Shown: positions 22,001-31,356 of the stretch, one piece after another
How the letters are laid out: each line of letters begins with the position of its first letter
Position numbering within the stretch: position 1 is the stretch's first letter
Assembly (NCBI GenBank): GCA_963851265.1
Contig: CAWKNZ010000002.1
Location: 736,001 to 800,000 of the forward strand
DNA length: 64,000 nucleotides
Origin: an uncultured Gemmatimonadales bacterium
GTDB taxonomy: Bacteria; Gemmatimonadota; Gemmatimonadetes; Gemmatimonadales; Gemmatimonadaceae
Direction: 5' to 3'
Notes under the pieces: model-generated
Told to the model about the DNA's origin: nothing
The model's database searches: none
The model's input: the letters and a program-made list of their open reading frames with translations, nothing else
Made by a program: the position numbers and the translations under genes

Positions 22001-23547
22001 GTGGGCGCGCGCACGCGTGCCGGGCGTGGCGCGCCGTGCGCGTCGCGATCGCCTGGGCGCTCGTGTTCTGCGCCACGCCGGCCGGCGCGCACGTCGGCAC
22101 GACTGACGCCGTGTTCAGCGGACGTGCGGGGCCGTATCCGGTCCGCGTGACCGTGCGGATGCCGGGCGCGATCCCCGGTCAGGCCGAACTCACCGTGCGG
22201 GTGCTCGACGGCGCGGGGACCGGCGTGTTGGTGCAGGTCGCGCAGTGGAACGTCGGCTCGCGCGGTGCGCCCGCGCCCGAACCGGCCGCGCGCGTCGCCG
22301 GCACCGCCGACCTGTGGAGCGCCCCACTCTGGCTGATGACGAGCGGCTCGTACGCGGCCAACGTGACGGTCGACGGCGCCCGGGGGCGTGCGACGGTGAC
22401 CGTACCGGTCGTTGCCGTGCCGACCACGCGGCTCGGGATGGATCGTCGGCTCGGCGCGCTGCTCGCGGCGTTGGGCGTCGTGCTCGTCGCCGGTCTCGTC
22501 GCCGTCGTCGCTGCGGGCGTGCGCGACGGCACTCGCGCGCCCGGTGCCGCGCTCGACGGGCCGGCGCGCCGGCTCGGCCGCCTCACGACGGCAGTCACCG
22601 CGGCCGTCGTCGCGCTCGCGCTCGTCGGCGGCGCGAAGTGGTGGGGCGCGGAAGACGCCGCGTTCGCGGGCGGGCTCTGGCGCCCGCTGCGGAGCGAAGC
22701 GCGCGTGCTCGACGGGGCCGACGGTCCGCGCCTCCGCTTCACCGTCACCGATTCGGCGTGGTTCGACTCGACGCTCACGCCGCTGATGCCGGACCACGGC
22801 AAGCTCATGCACCTGTTCGCGGTGCGCGAGTCGCCGACGACCGGACCGCGACGCGACTCGGCGCCCCGCGGTCGCGACGTGTTCGCCCACCTGCACCCCG
22901 TGCGCGTGGACCGGGCCAACTTCGACGCGCCGCTGCCCACGCTTCCCGGCGGTCGCTACCGCGTGTACGCCGACGTCGTGCACGAGAGCGGGCTCGCGCG
23001 CACCCTCGTCGCGACGCTGGACCTGCCCGACGCGGCGGTCGCGATCCCGGCCGGGGGGCTCGACGCGGGCGACGACGCGTGGGACGCGGTGCGCCCGCCG
23101 CCGCCCGGCGCGGCCGCATCGTTAGGCGCGGGCTACCGCCTGACGATGGAGAGCGCCGCCCGCGTGCCCGCGGCGCGCGACACCGTACTCCGCTTCACGG
23201 TGCGCGACGCGGCGGGGCGGGTGGCCGACGTGGAGCCATACCTCGGCATGGCCGCGCACGCGGTCGTCGAGCGCGACGACGGCAGCGTGTTCGTCCACCT
23301 CCACCCGTCGGGCACGGTCTCGATGGCGGCGCAGGACCGGCTCGTGCGCCGCGAGCGCGGCGACACCGCGCTCCACGGCGCCGCGCAGCCCGGCGGCATG
23401 CCGGGCATGGCCGGCATGCAGACGACGTACGGGGGCGACGTGGGATTCCCGTTCAGCTTCCCGAAGCCCGGCGCCTACCGCGTGTGGGTGCAGGTGCGCG
23501 TGGCCGGGCACGTACGCACGGCGGCGTTCGACGTGACCGCGAGCTGA
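21997..23547 (+). CDS. Exported/membrane His-rich hypothetical protein (signal peptide, N-terminal His, 2 TM, His motifs)
   Basis: GTGA overlap with the upstream stop; ATPAGA|HVG; two TM helices; DHGKLMHLF, FAHLHP, YLGMAAH, FVHLHPSG, MPGMAGM. Confidence 0.78.
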   Translation: MSGRAHACRAWRAVRVAIAWALVFCATPAGAHVGTTDAVFSGRAGPYPVRVTVRMPGAIPGQAELTVRVLDGAGTGVLVQVAQWNVGSRGAPAPEPAARVAGTADLWSAPLWLMTSGSYAANVTVDGARGRATVTVPVVAVPTTRLGMDRRLGALLAALGVVLVAGLVAVVAAGVRDGTRAPGAALDGPARRLGRLTTAVTAAVVALALVGGAKWWGAEDAAFAGGLWRPLRSEARVLDGADGPRLRFTVTDSAWFDSTLTPLMPDHGKLMHLFAVRESPTTGPRRDSAPRGRDVFAHLHPVRVDRANFDAPLPTLPGGRYRVYADVVHESGLARTLVATLDLPDAAVAIPAGGLDAGDDAWDAVRPPPPGAAASLGAGYRLTMESAARVPAARDTVLRFTVRDAAGRVADVEPYLGMAAHAVVERDDGSVFVHLHPSGTVSMAAQDRLVRRERGDTALHGAAQPGGMPGMAGMQTTYGGDVGFPFSFPKPGAYRVWVQVRVAGHVRTAAFDVTAS

Positions 23548-23591
23548 CGAGACCGCCCGTTCGGGCGCCGCCGCCGGGCCGCGGGACGCCG

Positions 23592-24074
23592 TTACGCGTC
23601 CTGCGCCGCCCCCTCCGCGCCCGACTCGACGCCGCCGCGCGTCGCGCCGTACGCGCCCGCGCCCGGCGCGCCCCGTGCCCCGCCGTGGTGCGCGCCGCCG
23701 GGCGTCGCGCTCAGGTCGGCGGGGTCGAAGTAGGCGGTGAACCGCGTGATCTTGCCGTTTGCCGTCTCGAACACGCTCACGCCGTCGTAGCTCGTCTTCA
23801 CGCCGGCCGCGGTCTCGCAGTCGCTCGTCCATTCCAGCATCGCCTTGTCGTCGCTCTCGAGGATGCTGTGGAAGCGCGAGTGGATGGTCGCGAACGACTT
23901 CCGGTACGCGTCCCAGAACTTGCGCGCGCCCTCCACGCCGGTCTGCGGTTCGTGCTCGGTCGGGTTGCTGGTGCGGGCGTCGTCGGCGTAGAGCGCGGCG
24001 AGCGCGTCCACGTTGCCCGCGTCCTCGACCTGGCGCAGGGCGGCGATGAATTCGTCGGCGGTGGGCTTGGCCAT
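23592..24074 (-). CDS. SnoaL-like / NTF2 family protein
   Basis: RBS GAGGA before ATG 24074; DALAALYADDA, GARKFWDAY, YDGVSVFE...ITRFTAYFD. Confidence 0.85.
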   Translation of the reverse strand: MAKPTADEFIAALRQVEDAGNVDALAALYADDARTSNPTEHEPQTGVEGARKFWDAYRKSFATIHSRFHSILESDDKAMLEWTSDCETAAGVKTSYDGVSVFETANGKITRFTAYFDPADLSATPGGAHHGGARGAPGAGAYGATRGGVESGAEGAAQDA

Positions 24075-24088
24075 CGTGTGATCCTCGT

Positions 24089-24946
24089 TCAGGGTTTGGT
24101 GCCGATCGCCGCGGTCCACTCGGCGACCTGTTCGGGCGTCATGTTGCCGTACGGCGCGAGCCGACCGTCGGTGTAGCCCCACTCGGTGACGTCGGGCAGG
24201 TACTGCTGTCGTGAGAGGATCGTGCCCCGGCAGAGCCGCCCGACGTCGGCGTCGGCGTCGAGTTCGCTCGCGGCGCGCGAGAGCAGCTCGGCCATGACGG
24301 AACTCGGAATGCGCGTGCGCTCGCCGGGATACACGAAGCCGAACAGGAGCAGGTGCGTGAGCAGCACCCGCCAGTAGTCGCCGAACCGGTCGAGGACGCG
24401 TGCCCAGTCGAGGTGCTCGGCGCGGGCGCGCAGCAGGTGGATCACGTCGCCGCCGTCGTACCGCTCGCGCTCCATCACGAAGCTCTTGGACCAGAGCATC
24501 TCCTCGGCCGGCGCGACCCGCACGTCCACGCCGAGCACGCGACACGAGGGCGCGTGCTCGAACCAGCCTGCGTCGACCGGCGCGGCACCGTTCCCCGAGC
24601 CGAAGATCAGGTCGACGAACTCCTTCCCCCAGAACGCCTTCCCGAGCCAATGCGGGAAGGTGAGCTCGGTGCGGAAGCCCGCCGCGTCCAGCACGTCGAG
24701 CGCGCGACCGATATCGGCGTGCGCGACGAACAGGTCGAAGTCCTTCGTCGAGCGCGGGATTCCCGTCACCGGTGTGAACGCGTAGGCCCCACCTACGAGG
24801 AACGGCACTTCGCCGGATTGCAGCGTCGCCATCACGCGGCGGTAGACGCCCTGCGCGGCCGGCGAGGCGAGGTCCGCACGCCGCGGCGGGCGCTCGTGCG
24901 CGCGGCGGTCGTCGTCGTGCGCGGCGGTCGCTGGGGTGTGAGGCAT
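24089..24946 (-). CDS. Uncharacterised nucleotidyltransferase (Pol-beta superfamily)
   Basis: FLVGGAYA...STKDFDLFV (hG[GS]-x-DxD) and FVDLIF. Start uncertain. Confidence 0.82.
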   Translation of the reverse strand: MPHTPATAAHDDDRRAHERPPRRADLASPAAQGVYRRVMATLQSGEVPFLVGGAYAFTPVTGIPRSTKDFDLFVAHADIGRALDVLDAAGFRTELTFPHWLGKAFWGKEFVDLIFGSGNGAAPVDAGWFEHAPSCRVLGVDVRVAPAEEMLWSKSFVMERERYDGGDVIHLLRARAEHLDWARVLDRFGDYWRVLLTHLLLFGFVYPGERTRIPSSVMAELLSRAASELDADADVGRLCRGTILSRQQYLPDVTEWGYTDGRLAPYGNMTPEQVAEWTAAIGTKP

Positions 24947-25142
24947 GCGCTGACGGCGAGGATCGGTGGGCGTGAGCGACCGGCGGGGGCGGTCGGCGGA
25001 ACGGATGTTGAATCCCCCCGGCGCGACCTTCCACGACCGCGCGCCGTCGCGGGCATCCGGGGCCACGCCGGGCTCCCGCGTGCCTACTCGCGGGAGCCGG
25101 CCCGATCGCACGGGCCGCGAGCGCGCCGACTTAGCATCAGCC

Positions 25143-25949
25143 ATGCCCAACCTCCGTATCGCGGCGATGAGCGACGTGCACGTCACGAAAACGTCGCAAG
25201 GCGCGCTCGCGCCGATCCTCGCGCAGGTGGCCGACCAGGCCGACGTGCTGCTCCTCTGCGGTGATCTGACCGACTACGGCAACGCCGACGAGGCGCGCGT
25301 GCTCGTGAAGGAGCTGTCGCACCTCCGCATCCCGATCCTCGCCGTGCTCGGCAACCACGACTTCGAGGGCGGCCACCCGGAGCAGCTCGTCGACGCGCTC
25401 CGCGACGCGGGCGTCGTCGTGCTCGACGGCGAGTCGCACGAGGTGGGCGGCGTGGGCTTCGCCGGCGCGAAGGGCTTCGCGGGCGGCTTCGGCCGCGGGG
25501 TGCTCGGCGCGTGGGGCGAGCCGACGGTCAAGCACTTCGTGCAGGAGGCGGTGAGCGAGACGCTGAAGCTCGAGACGGCGCTCGCGCGACTCCGCACGCG
25601 GCAGAAGGTCGCGCTCCTCCACTATTCCCCGATCCGCGCGACGGTCGAGGGCGAGCCGCTCGAGATCTTCCCGTGGCTGGGTTGCGGGCGGCACGAGGAG
25701 CCGCTGCTGCGCTATCAGGTGAGCGCCGTGTTCCACGGGCACGCGCACAACGGCACGCCCGAAGGCGCGCTCGCCAACGGCGCGCCGTGCTACAACGTGG
25801 CGCTGCCGCTGCTCCGGAAGCAGTTCCCCGACCGGCTGCCCGTCAAGATCATCGAGCTCGACCCCGACGAAGCGCCTAACGCCCCGCCCGACGCGTACAG
25901 CGGGATGGAGCGGCGCCGGGCGGGCGCGGGGGCGAACGGGGCGGCGTGA
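25143..25949 (+). CDS. Calcineurin-like metallophosphoesterase (Icc-related)
   Basis: SDVH, CGDLTD, LGNHD, LLHYSP, FHGHAH. Confidence 0.9.
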   Translation: MPNLRIAAMSDVHVTKTSQGALAPILAQVADQADVLLLCGDLTDYGNADEARVLVKELSHLRIPILAVLGNHDFEGGHPEQLVDALRDAGVVVLDGESHEVGGVGFAGAKGFAGGFGRGVLGAWGEPTVKHFVQEAVSETLKLETALARLRTRQKVALLHYSPIRATVEGEPLEIFPWLGCGRHEEPLLRYQVSAVFHGHAHNGTPEGALANGAPCYNVALPLLRKQFPDRLPVKIIELDPDEAPNAPPDAYSGMERRRAGAGANGAA

Positions 25950-25981
25950 CCTGCGCGGGCGACGTCGCGCCGCCCGTCGCT

Positions 25982-26040
25982 CGTCACCCCCGCTTGCGCG
26001 GGGGTGACAGCTCTCGGGGGTGGTGACCCCACCACCCCCG
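25982..26040. repeat. Two adjacent hairpins (REP-like / bidirectional terminator)
   Basis: GTCACCCCCGC-TTGC-GCGGGGGTGAC (25983-26008) and CGGGGGTGGTG-ACCC-CACCACCCCCG (26015-26040), between convergent genes. Confidence 0.7.
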
Positions 26041-26049
26041 CCGGCCGTT

Positions 26050-27228
26050 CTACGGCTTCAACACCACCTTGATGCACCCGTCCTTCTTGTCGCGGAAGGT
26101 CCGGTACATCTCGGGCGCCTTGTCGATCGGCACGCGGTGGGTGATGACCTGCGACGGGTCAATCTTCCCGGCCTCGATCATGTCGAGCAGCGGGCGCAGG
26201 TACTTCTGCGTGTTCGTCTGCCCCATCTTGAACGTGAGGCCCTTCGCGAACGCCGCGCCCATCGGGAACTTGTCGATGAACCCGATGTAGACGCCCGGAA
26301 TGCTCACCGTGCCGCCCTTCGCGCAGGCCATGATCGCCTCGCGGAGCGCCGTCGCGCGGTCGAGTTGCACCTTGGTGAACTGCTTGAACCGGTCGACCTG
26401 ATCGTAGATGCCGGTCCCGTGCGCCTCCATCCCGACCGCGTCGATCACGTGGTCCGGCCCGCGGCCGCCGGTCATGTCCTTCAGCACGAAGTTGATCGGG
26501 TCCTCGATCTCCTCGTAGTTCACGACCTCGGCCTTACACAGGTCGCGCGCCTTGGCCAGCCGGTCGGGGAAGCGGTCCACCGCGATCACCCGCTCGGCGC
26601 CTAACAGATACGCGCTCTGGATCGCGAACAGCCCCACCGGCCCGCAGCCCCACACCGCCACCGTGTCCCCGGGCTGGATGCCGCACTGCTCCGCCGCCTG
26701 GTAGCCCGTCGGGAAGATGTCGGTGAGAAAGAGCACCTTCTCGTCGGCGATGTCGCTCTCGATCTTGAGCGGCCCGACGTCGGCGAACGGGACGCGCGCG
26801 TACTCGGCCTGGCCGCCCGCGTACCCGCCGTACAGGTGCGAGTACCCGAACAGCCCCGACGGGCTGAACCCGCCGGTCGACGCCTCGACGAGCGCGGCGT
26901 TCGGGTTGGAGTTGTCGCACTGCGACCAGAGGTCGTTCTTGCAGTAGTAGCAGTTGCCGCACGCGATCCCGAACGGGATCACCACGCGGTCACCGCGCTT
27001 GAGGTTCTTGACGCTCGGGCCCACCTCCTCGACCACGCCCATGAACTCGTGGCCCATGACGTCGCCCTTCATCATCGACGGGACCTTGCCGTCGTAGGGG
27101 TGGAGGTCCGAACCACAGATCGCGGTCGAGGTGATCTTGATGATCGCGTCGCGCGGGTTGACGAGCTCGGGGTCGGGCACGCGCTCGACGCGCATGTCGC
27201 CGACGCCCTGCCAGGTCACGGCCTTCAT
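26050..27228 (-). CDS. Zinc-dependent alcohol/formaldehyde dehydrogenase-like protein (MDR family)
   Basis: [21 protein letters not shown]...[25 protein letters not shown]. Confidence 0.93.
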   Translation of the reverse strand: MKAVTWQGVGDMRVERVPDPELVNPRDAIIKITSTAICGSDLHPYDGKVPSMMKGDVMGHEFMGVVEEVGPSVKNLKRGDRVVIPFGIACGNCYYCKNDLWSQCDNSNPNAALVEASTGGFSPSGLFGYSHLYGGYAGGQAEYARVPFADVGPLKIESDIADEKVLFLTDIFPTGYQAAEQCGIQPGDTVAVWGCGPVGLFAIQSAYLLGAERVIAVDRFPDRLAKARDLCKAEVVNYEEIEDPINFVLKDMTGGRGPDHVIDAVGMEAHGTGIYDQVDRFKQFTKVQLDRATALREAIMACAKGGTVSIPGVYIGFIDKFPMGAAFAKGLTFKMGQTNTQKYLRPLLDMIEAGKIDPSQVITHRVPIDKAPEMYRTFRDKKDGCIKVVLKP

Positions 27229-28280
27229 CAGCGGCCTTCCTTCGGCGTGAGGGTGGAATTGGCCCCGCGCGCCTGGTCGGACGGCATGGGCTGGTGCACC
27301 GCCTGATGCGCGCTGGCGGCCGCGTGCTGCTGCGCCCCGCGGACGTTGGCGCCGGTCTGGCCCTGGTTGACCTGGGCGTCGAACGCCTGGTGCGGCGGCT
27401 TGCCCTGACCGGGGTTGTAGCTGACGGGAATCTCGCCCGCCTCCATCAGGTTCTTGTAGCGCCGCAGGTCCTCGCGCACCTGTACGCTCGGTTCTTCACC
27501 GAACAGCTTCGCGACCGCAACGCCCAGCTTTCCGAGCGGCGGCTCGTACGACAACTCGACTTTCACCTCCGCCCCGCGCCCGGCCGGCGCCTCGCGGAAG
27601 GTCACCGCGCCCGCATTCGGCACGCTCGCGCCGGGCAGCGACCGCCAGGCGATGATCTGCCCGGGCACGTCGTTCACGATCTCCGCGTCCCACTCGACCG
27701 TCTGCCCCGCCGGCGCCTTCGCGACCCAGTGCGAGCGACGGTTGTCGAGCTCCTTCACGCTCTCGAGATGGTGCAGAATGCGCGGAAGGTTCTCGAGCTT
27801 GCGCCAGTAGTCGTACAGCTCGCCCGGCATGCGCCCGAAGATCGTGAACGTCTGGATCACGCGCTTCGCCGCCTGCGCGTCCACCGACGCGCCGCCACCG
27901 TGCTGGCGCACCACGCCGCCCTCGTCCTTGTGCGGGAGCGCGGCGCCATCGCCCGTCTCGTCCATGCTCGTGAGGCCGAGCGCGTCGTACGCCATGCAGT
28001 GCCCGGTCACGCCGCGCTCGACCAGCAGGCCGCCGACCACGCCCGCCGCGAGCCCGCCCCAGTCCTTGCGCTTGAGCCCGTACGCCGCGATTGCCGTGCC
28101 CGCCGCGATCGACACCGCACGCTCGATCGAGTTGACGTTGTTGCCCGCGTGCTCGCGCTCGCCGTCGCGCGCGGTCGCGCCGTGCCGTCCGTGCTCCTTC
28201 TGCGGATCGCCGCGTCCGTTAGACGCGTGCGAGCGGGCGGCGTCGGCGCCGCCGTACATCGCTTCGGAAGATCGTGCCAT
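27228..28280 (-). CDS. SRPBCC/polyketide-cyclase-like protein with N-terminal membrane (DUF2892-like) segment
   Basis: NVNSIER...[55 protein letters not shown]. Confidence 0.87.
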   Translation of the reverse strand: MARSSEAMYGGADAARSHASNGRGDPQKEHGRHGATARDGEREHAGNNVNSIERAVSIAAGTAIAAYGLKRKDWGGLAAGVVGGLLVERGVTGHCMAYDALGLTSMDETGDGAALPHKDEGGVVRQHGGGASVDAQAAKRVIQTFTIFGRMPGELYDYWRKLENLPRILHHLESVKELDNRRSHWVAKAPAGQTVEWDAEIVNDVPGQIIAWRSLPGASVPNAGAVTFREAPAGRGAEVKVELSYEPPLGKLGVAVAKLFGEEPSVQVREDLRRYKNLMEAGEIPVSYNPGQGKPPHQAFDAQVNQGQTGANVRGAQQHAAASAHQAVHQPMPSDQARGANSTLTPKEGR

Positions 28281-28302
28281 CGTCAGCCTCCGTGATCGCG
28301 CG

Positions 28303-29196
28303 TCAGAGCGCGCTGTGAGTGGGCTTGTTGCGCAGCCCGTCGCGCGTGTGCTCCAGCTTGAGGTCGCTCTCGGGCTCCTTCTTCAGCGCGCGGTCGGCCT
28401 GCGGACCCATCGACCCCTTCACGATCGTCGTCCCGCCGTCCACGAAGAACAGCGCGCCGGTCACGTAGCTCGCCTCGTCCGAGGCGAGGAACGCGAAGGC
28501 GTTGGCCATCTCCGTCGCCGTCCCGCGACGGCCTAACAGGGTGCCCTCGACCGTTTGCGTCTCCATGGTCTTCGTCATCGGGCCGGTCTCCCGGTGCGTC
28601 CACGCGGTGTCGACTGGGCCCGGACAGACGCACGCCGCGCGCACGCCGTTCTTCGCCTGCTCGCCCGCCACGCCGCGGATGAACGCGTGCATGAAGCCCT
28701 TGGTCCCGCCGTAGGGCACGTTGAGCGGCTCGCCCTTGTCCCCCGCCTCGGAGCCGGTGCCGAGCACCACGCCCTTGCTCTTCTGCAGGTGCGGCAGGGC
28801 GAACTTCGTCATCAGGAACGCCGACCGGACGTTCATCCGCAGCGTGCGGTCGAAGTCGTCGATCGGGTAGTCGGTCAGCTCGCCGGTGAACAGGAAGATT
28901 CCCGCGTTGTTCACGAGTACGTCGAGCTGCCCGAACTCACGCACCGCCTTGTCCACGCAGCCGCGCGCGTCGACCTCGGCCGAGACGTCGCCCGCGTATC
29001 CGACCGCGGTTCCGCGCCCGTACTGCTTGTTGATCGCCTCGACCACGTCGGCGACGGGATCGTCCGGAAGGCCGCAGACGAGCACCTTCGCCCCTTCCGA
29101 CGCGAACTTGTGCGCAGTGGCCTCGCCGATCCCCGTTGCGGCGCCAGTGATGATCGCCACCTTCCCCTCCAACCGCCCTTTTCGATCCGCTGCCAT
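28303..29196 (-). CDS. Short-chain dehydrogenase/reductase
   Basis: TGAATGIG, LVNNAG, catalytic YGGTK, FLASDEASYVTG. Confidence 0.93.
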   Translation of the reverse strand: MAADRKGRLEGKVAIITGAATGIGEATAHKFASEGAKVLVCGLPDDPVADVVEAINKQYGRGTAVGYAGDVSAEVDARGCVDKAVREFGQLDVLVNNAGIFLFTGELTDYPIDDFDRTLRMNVRSAFLMTKFALPHLQKSKGVVLGTGSEAGDKGEPLNVPYGGTKGFMHAFIRGVAGEQAKNGVRAACVCPGPVDTAWTHRETGPMTKTMETQTVEGTLLGRRGTATEMANAFAFLASDEASYVTGALFFVDGGTTIVKGSMGPQADRALKKEPESDLKLEHTRDGLRNKPTHSAL

Positions 29197-29340
29197 TGGG
29201 TCCTCCCCGGATATCGTCGCCGCTCTGGTTGAGCGGCCCGGGCAGGCGCAAAGCAGGTGCCGCCGCTGTCGCGCGGGCGCGACTGCAGCGGAGGCGGGCG
29301 CACCGTGCGCCGGTACAGCTCGCTCGCCGTGGCGAGCTCC

Positions 29341-29378
29341 GAACGGCGCCGCTGGTCGCGCGACCAGCGGCGCCGTTC
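29341..29378. repeat. Perfect 38-bp palindrome
   Basis: GAACGGCGCCGCTGGTCGC|GCGACCAGCGGCGCCGTTC, downstream of sodC. Confidence 0.9.
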
Positions 29379-29423
29379 AACGCGCGGGCGCGGTACGGCG
29401 CGCCGCGTCGCCCGAAGCCGCGT

Positions 29424-30065
29424 CTAGCGTCGGACCGTCGAATCGCGCACGATCACGCCGCACGCGATCCGCACGCCCGCGTTCCCGCCCGGGTCGCTGC
29501 TGTAATCGTCGGGGTCGCTGTGGATCATCAGCGCCGTGCCCTGCGGCGTGAACAGCGAGTTGGCGCCCTGGCCGAGGGTGACGTCGCGCGTGATCGCGTC
29601 GACCCGCACGCCGCCGCTCGCCGGCGCCGTGAAGTTGGGCAGGTCGCCCGCGTGATACCCGGAGCGGTTCTTCACGCCGTGCTGGCGGAACGAGGGATTG
29701 TAGTGCCCGCCTGCACTCGTGAAGGGCGGCTCGCAGCGGCCGACTTCGTGGATGTGCATCGCGTGCACCCCCGCCGGAAGTCCGGTGAGCTGGGCCGTGA
29801 CGATCACGCCGTACGGCGCCTGCGTGAACGTCGCCGTGCCTACCGACCGGCCGTCCGCGTCGTGCAGGTCGGCCCGGGCACCAGGCACGTTGGTGTTGAA
29901 CGTGGACTGGCCGAAGGTGCCCCGGGGGCCGCCGACGCCGAACCCACCCGGCCGGTTGGGATTACCGTTCGGTGCGCCCGAGCCGTTCGGACCCGCGCCC
30001 GAAGCGCACGAGGTGAGCAGTACGCCGGCGAGCGTCGCGGCGCCGAGAATCGAGAGTGGTCGCAT
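29424..30065 (-). CDS. sodC: Cu/Zn superoxide dismutase (lipoprotein)
   Basis: Lipobox LTSC; HAMHIHE, AGGHYNP, QHG, HAGDLPN, IHSDPDD, GNAGVRIACG; all expected metal ligands present. Confidence 0.92.
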   Translation of the reverse strand: MRPLSILGAATLAGVLLTSCASGAGPNGSGAPNGNPNRPGGFGVGGPRGTFGQSTFNTNVPGARADLHDADGRSVGTATFTQAPYGVIVTAQLTGLPAGVHAMHIHEVGRCEPPFTSAGGHYNPSFRQHGVKNRSGYHAGDLPNFTAPASGGVRVDAITRDVTLGQGANSLFTPQGTALMIHSDPDDYSSDPGGNAGVRIACGVIVRDSTVRR

Positions 30066-30080
30066 GAGCGGTAAGGTAGG

Positions 30081-31328
30081 TCAGAAGCGTGCCGGAACGT
30101 CGGCGAGCACGCGATAGGTGTCGCGTGCGATGAGGAGTTCCTCGTTGGTCGGAATGACCCACGCGGGTAAACGGCTGCCGTCGGTGGTGAAGGTCCCCTC
30201 GCGACCGCCGGCCAGCTCGGCGTTCCTGGCCGCGTCCACCTCGAGCCCGGCCCACCCCAGCCCCTCACACACGCGCGCGCGCACCTCCGCGCTGTTCTCG
30301 CCGATGCCGCCCGTGAAGACGACGCCCGCGGCGGTCCCGGCGAGCGCCGCCAGGTACGCGCCGATGTACTTGCGGGCGCGGTAGCAGAACACCTCGACCG
30401 CGAGGCGCGCCCGCCGGTCGTCGTTCTCCGTGGCCTCGGCGAGCAGCTCGCGCATGTCGTTCGTCAGCCCCGAGATCCCGAGCAGGCCGCTCTGCTTGTT
30501 GAGCAGCGCCTCGGCCTCGGCGAGCGTCATCCCTTCCTTGCTCGCCAGGTAGTCCAGCACCGCCGGATCGACGTCTCCAGAGCGCGTGCCCATCACCAGA
30601 CCTTCGAGCGGCGTGAACCCCATCGACGTGTCGATCGAGTTGCCGCCCTGAATCGCGCACGCGGAGCACCCGTTGCCGAGGTGGAGCGTGATCAGGTGCG
30701 TCCCCTCCCGCGACGTGCTCGTCAGCTGCCGCCAGCGGTGTGCGACGTAGCGGTGCGACGTGCCGTGGAAGCCGTAGCGCCGGATCTGGTACCGCCGGTA
30801 CAGCTGGTACGGGATCGCGTACAGATACGCGTGCGCGGGGAGCGTCTGGTGGAACGCCGTGTCGAACACGGCGACCTGCGGCACGCCCACGCCGAGGACG
30901 GCGCGCGCGGCCTGGATCCCGCGAAGGTTGGTCGGGTTGTGCAGCGGCGCGAGGTCGATCATGTCGGTGATCCCGCGCTCGACGTCGTCGGTGATCCGGA
31001 CCGAACGCGTGAACCGCTCGCCGCCGTGGACGACGCGGTGGCCGACCGCGTCGATGTCCGCGCGCCCGCCGAGCGCCGCGCCGCTGTCGGACCCGACGAG
31101 CCACGTCACGATGTACTCGACCGCGGCGCGGTGGTCGCGCAACGACGCCGTGCTCTTCACGGGCGCGCCGCCGTGCGGGCGGAGTGTGACGACCGCCTCG
31201 CCTCCGAGCCGCTCGATCTCGCCGCCGGCGAGCGTCTCGTCGGTGTTCGCGGCGAGTCGGTCGGCGTCGGTGCGGATCAGCTGGAACTTGAGCGAGCTGG
31301 AGCCGACGTTGAGGACGAGGACGTTCAT
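30081..31328 (-). CDS. ackA: Acetate kinase
   Basis: [79 protein letters not shown]. Confidence 0.97.
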   Translation of the reverse strand: MNVLVLNVGSSSLKFQLIRTDADRLAANTDETLAGGEIERLGGEAVVTLRPHGGAPVKSTASLRDHRAAVEYIVTWLVGSDSGAALGGRADIDAVGHRVVHGGERFTRSVRITDDVERGITDMIDLAPLHNPTNLRGIQAARAVLGVGVPQVAVFDTAFHQTLPAHAYLYAIPYQLYRRYQIRRYGFHGTSHRYVAHRWRQLTSTSREGTHLITLHLGNGCSACAIQGGNSIDTSMGFTPLEGLVMGTRSGDVDPAVLDYLASKEGMTLAEAEALLNKQSGLLGISGLTNDMRELLAEATENDDRRARLAVEVFCYRARKYIGAYLAALAGTAAGVVFTGGIGENSAEVRARVCEGLGWAGLEVDAARNAELAGGREGTFTTDGSRLPAWVIPTNEELLIARDTYRVLADVPARF

Positions 31329-31356
31329 GGCCGCGTGTGCTGGAGGGAACCGCGCC

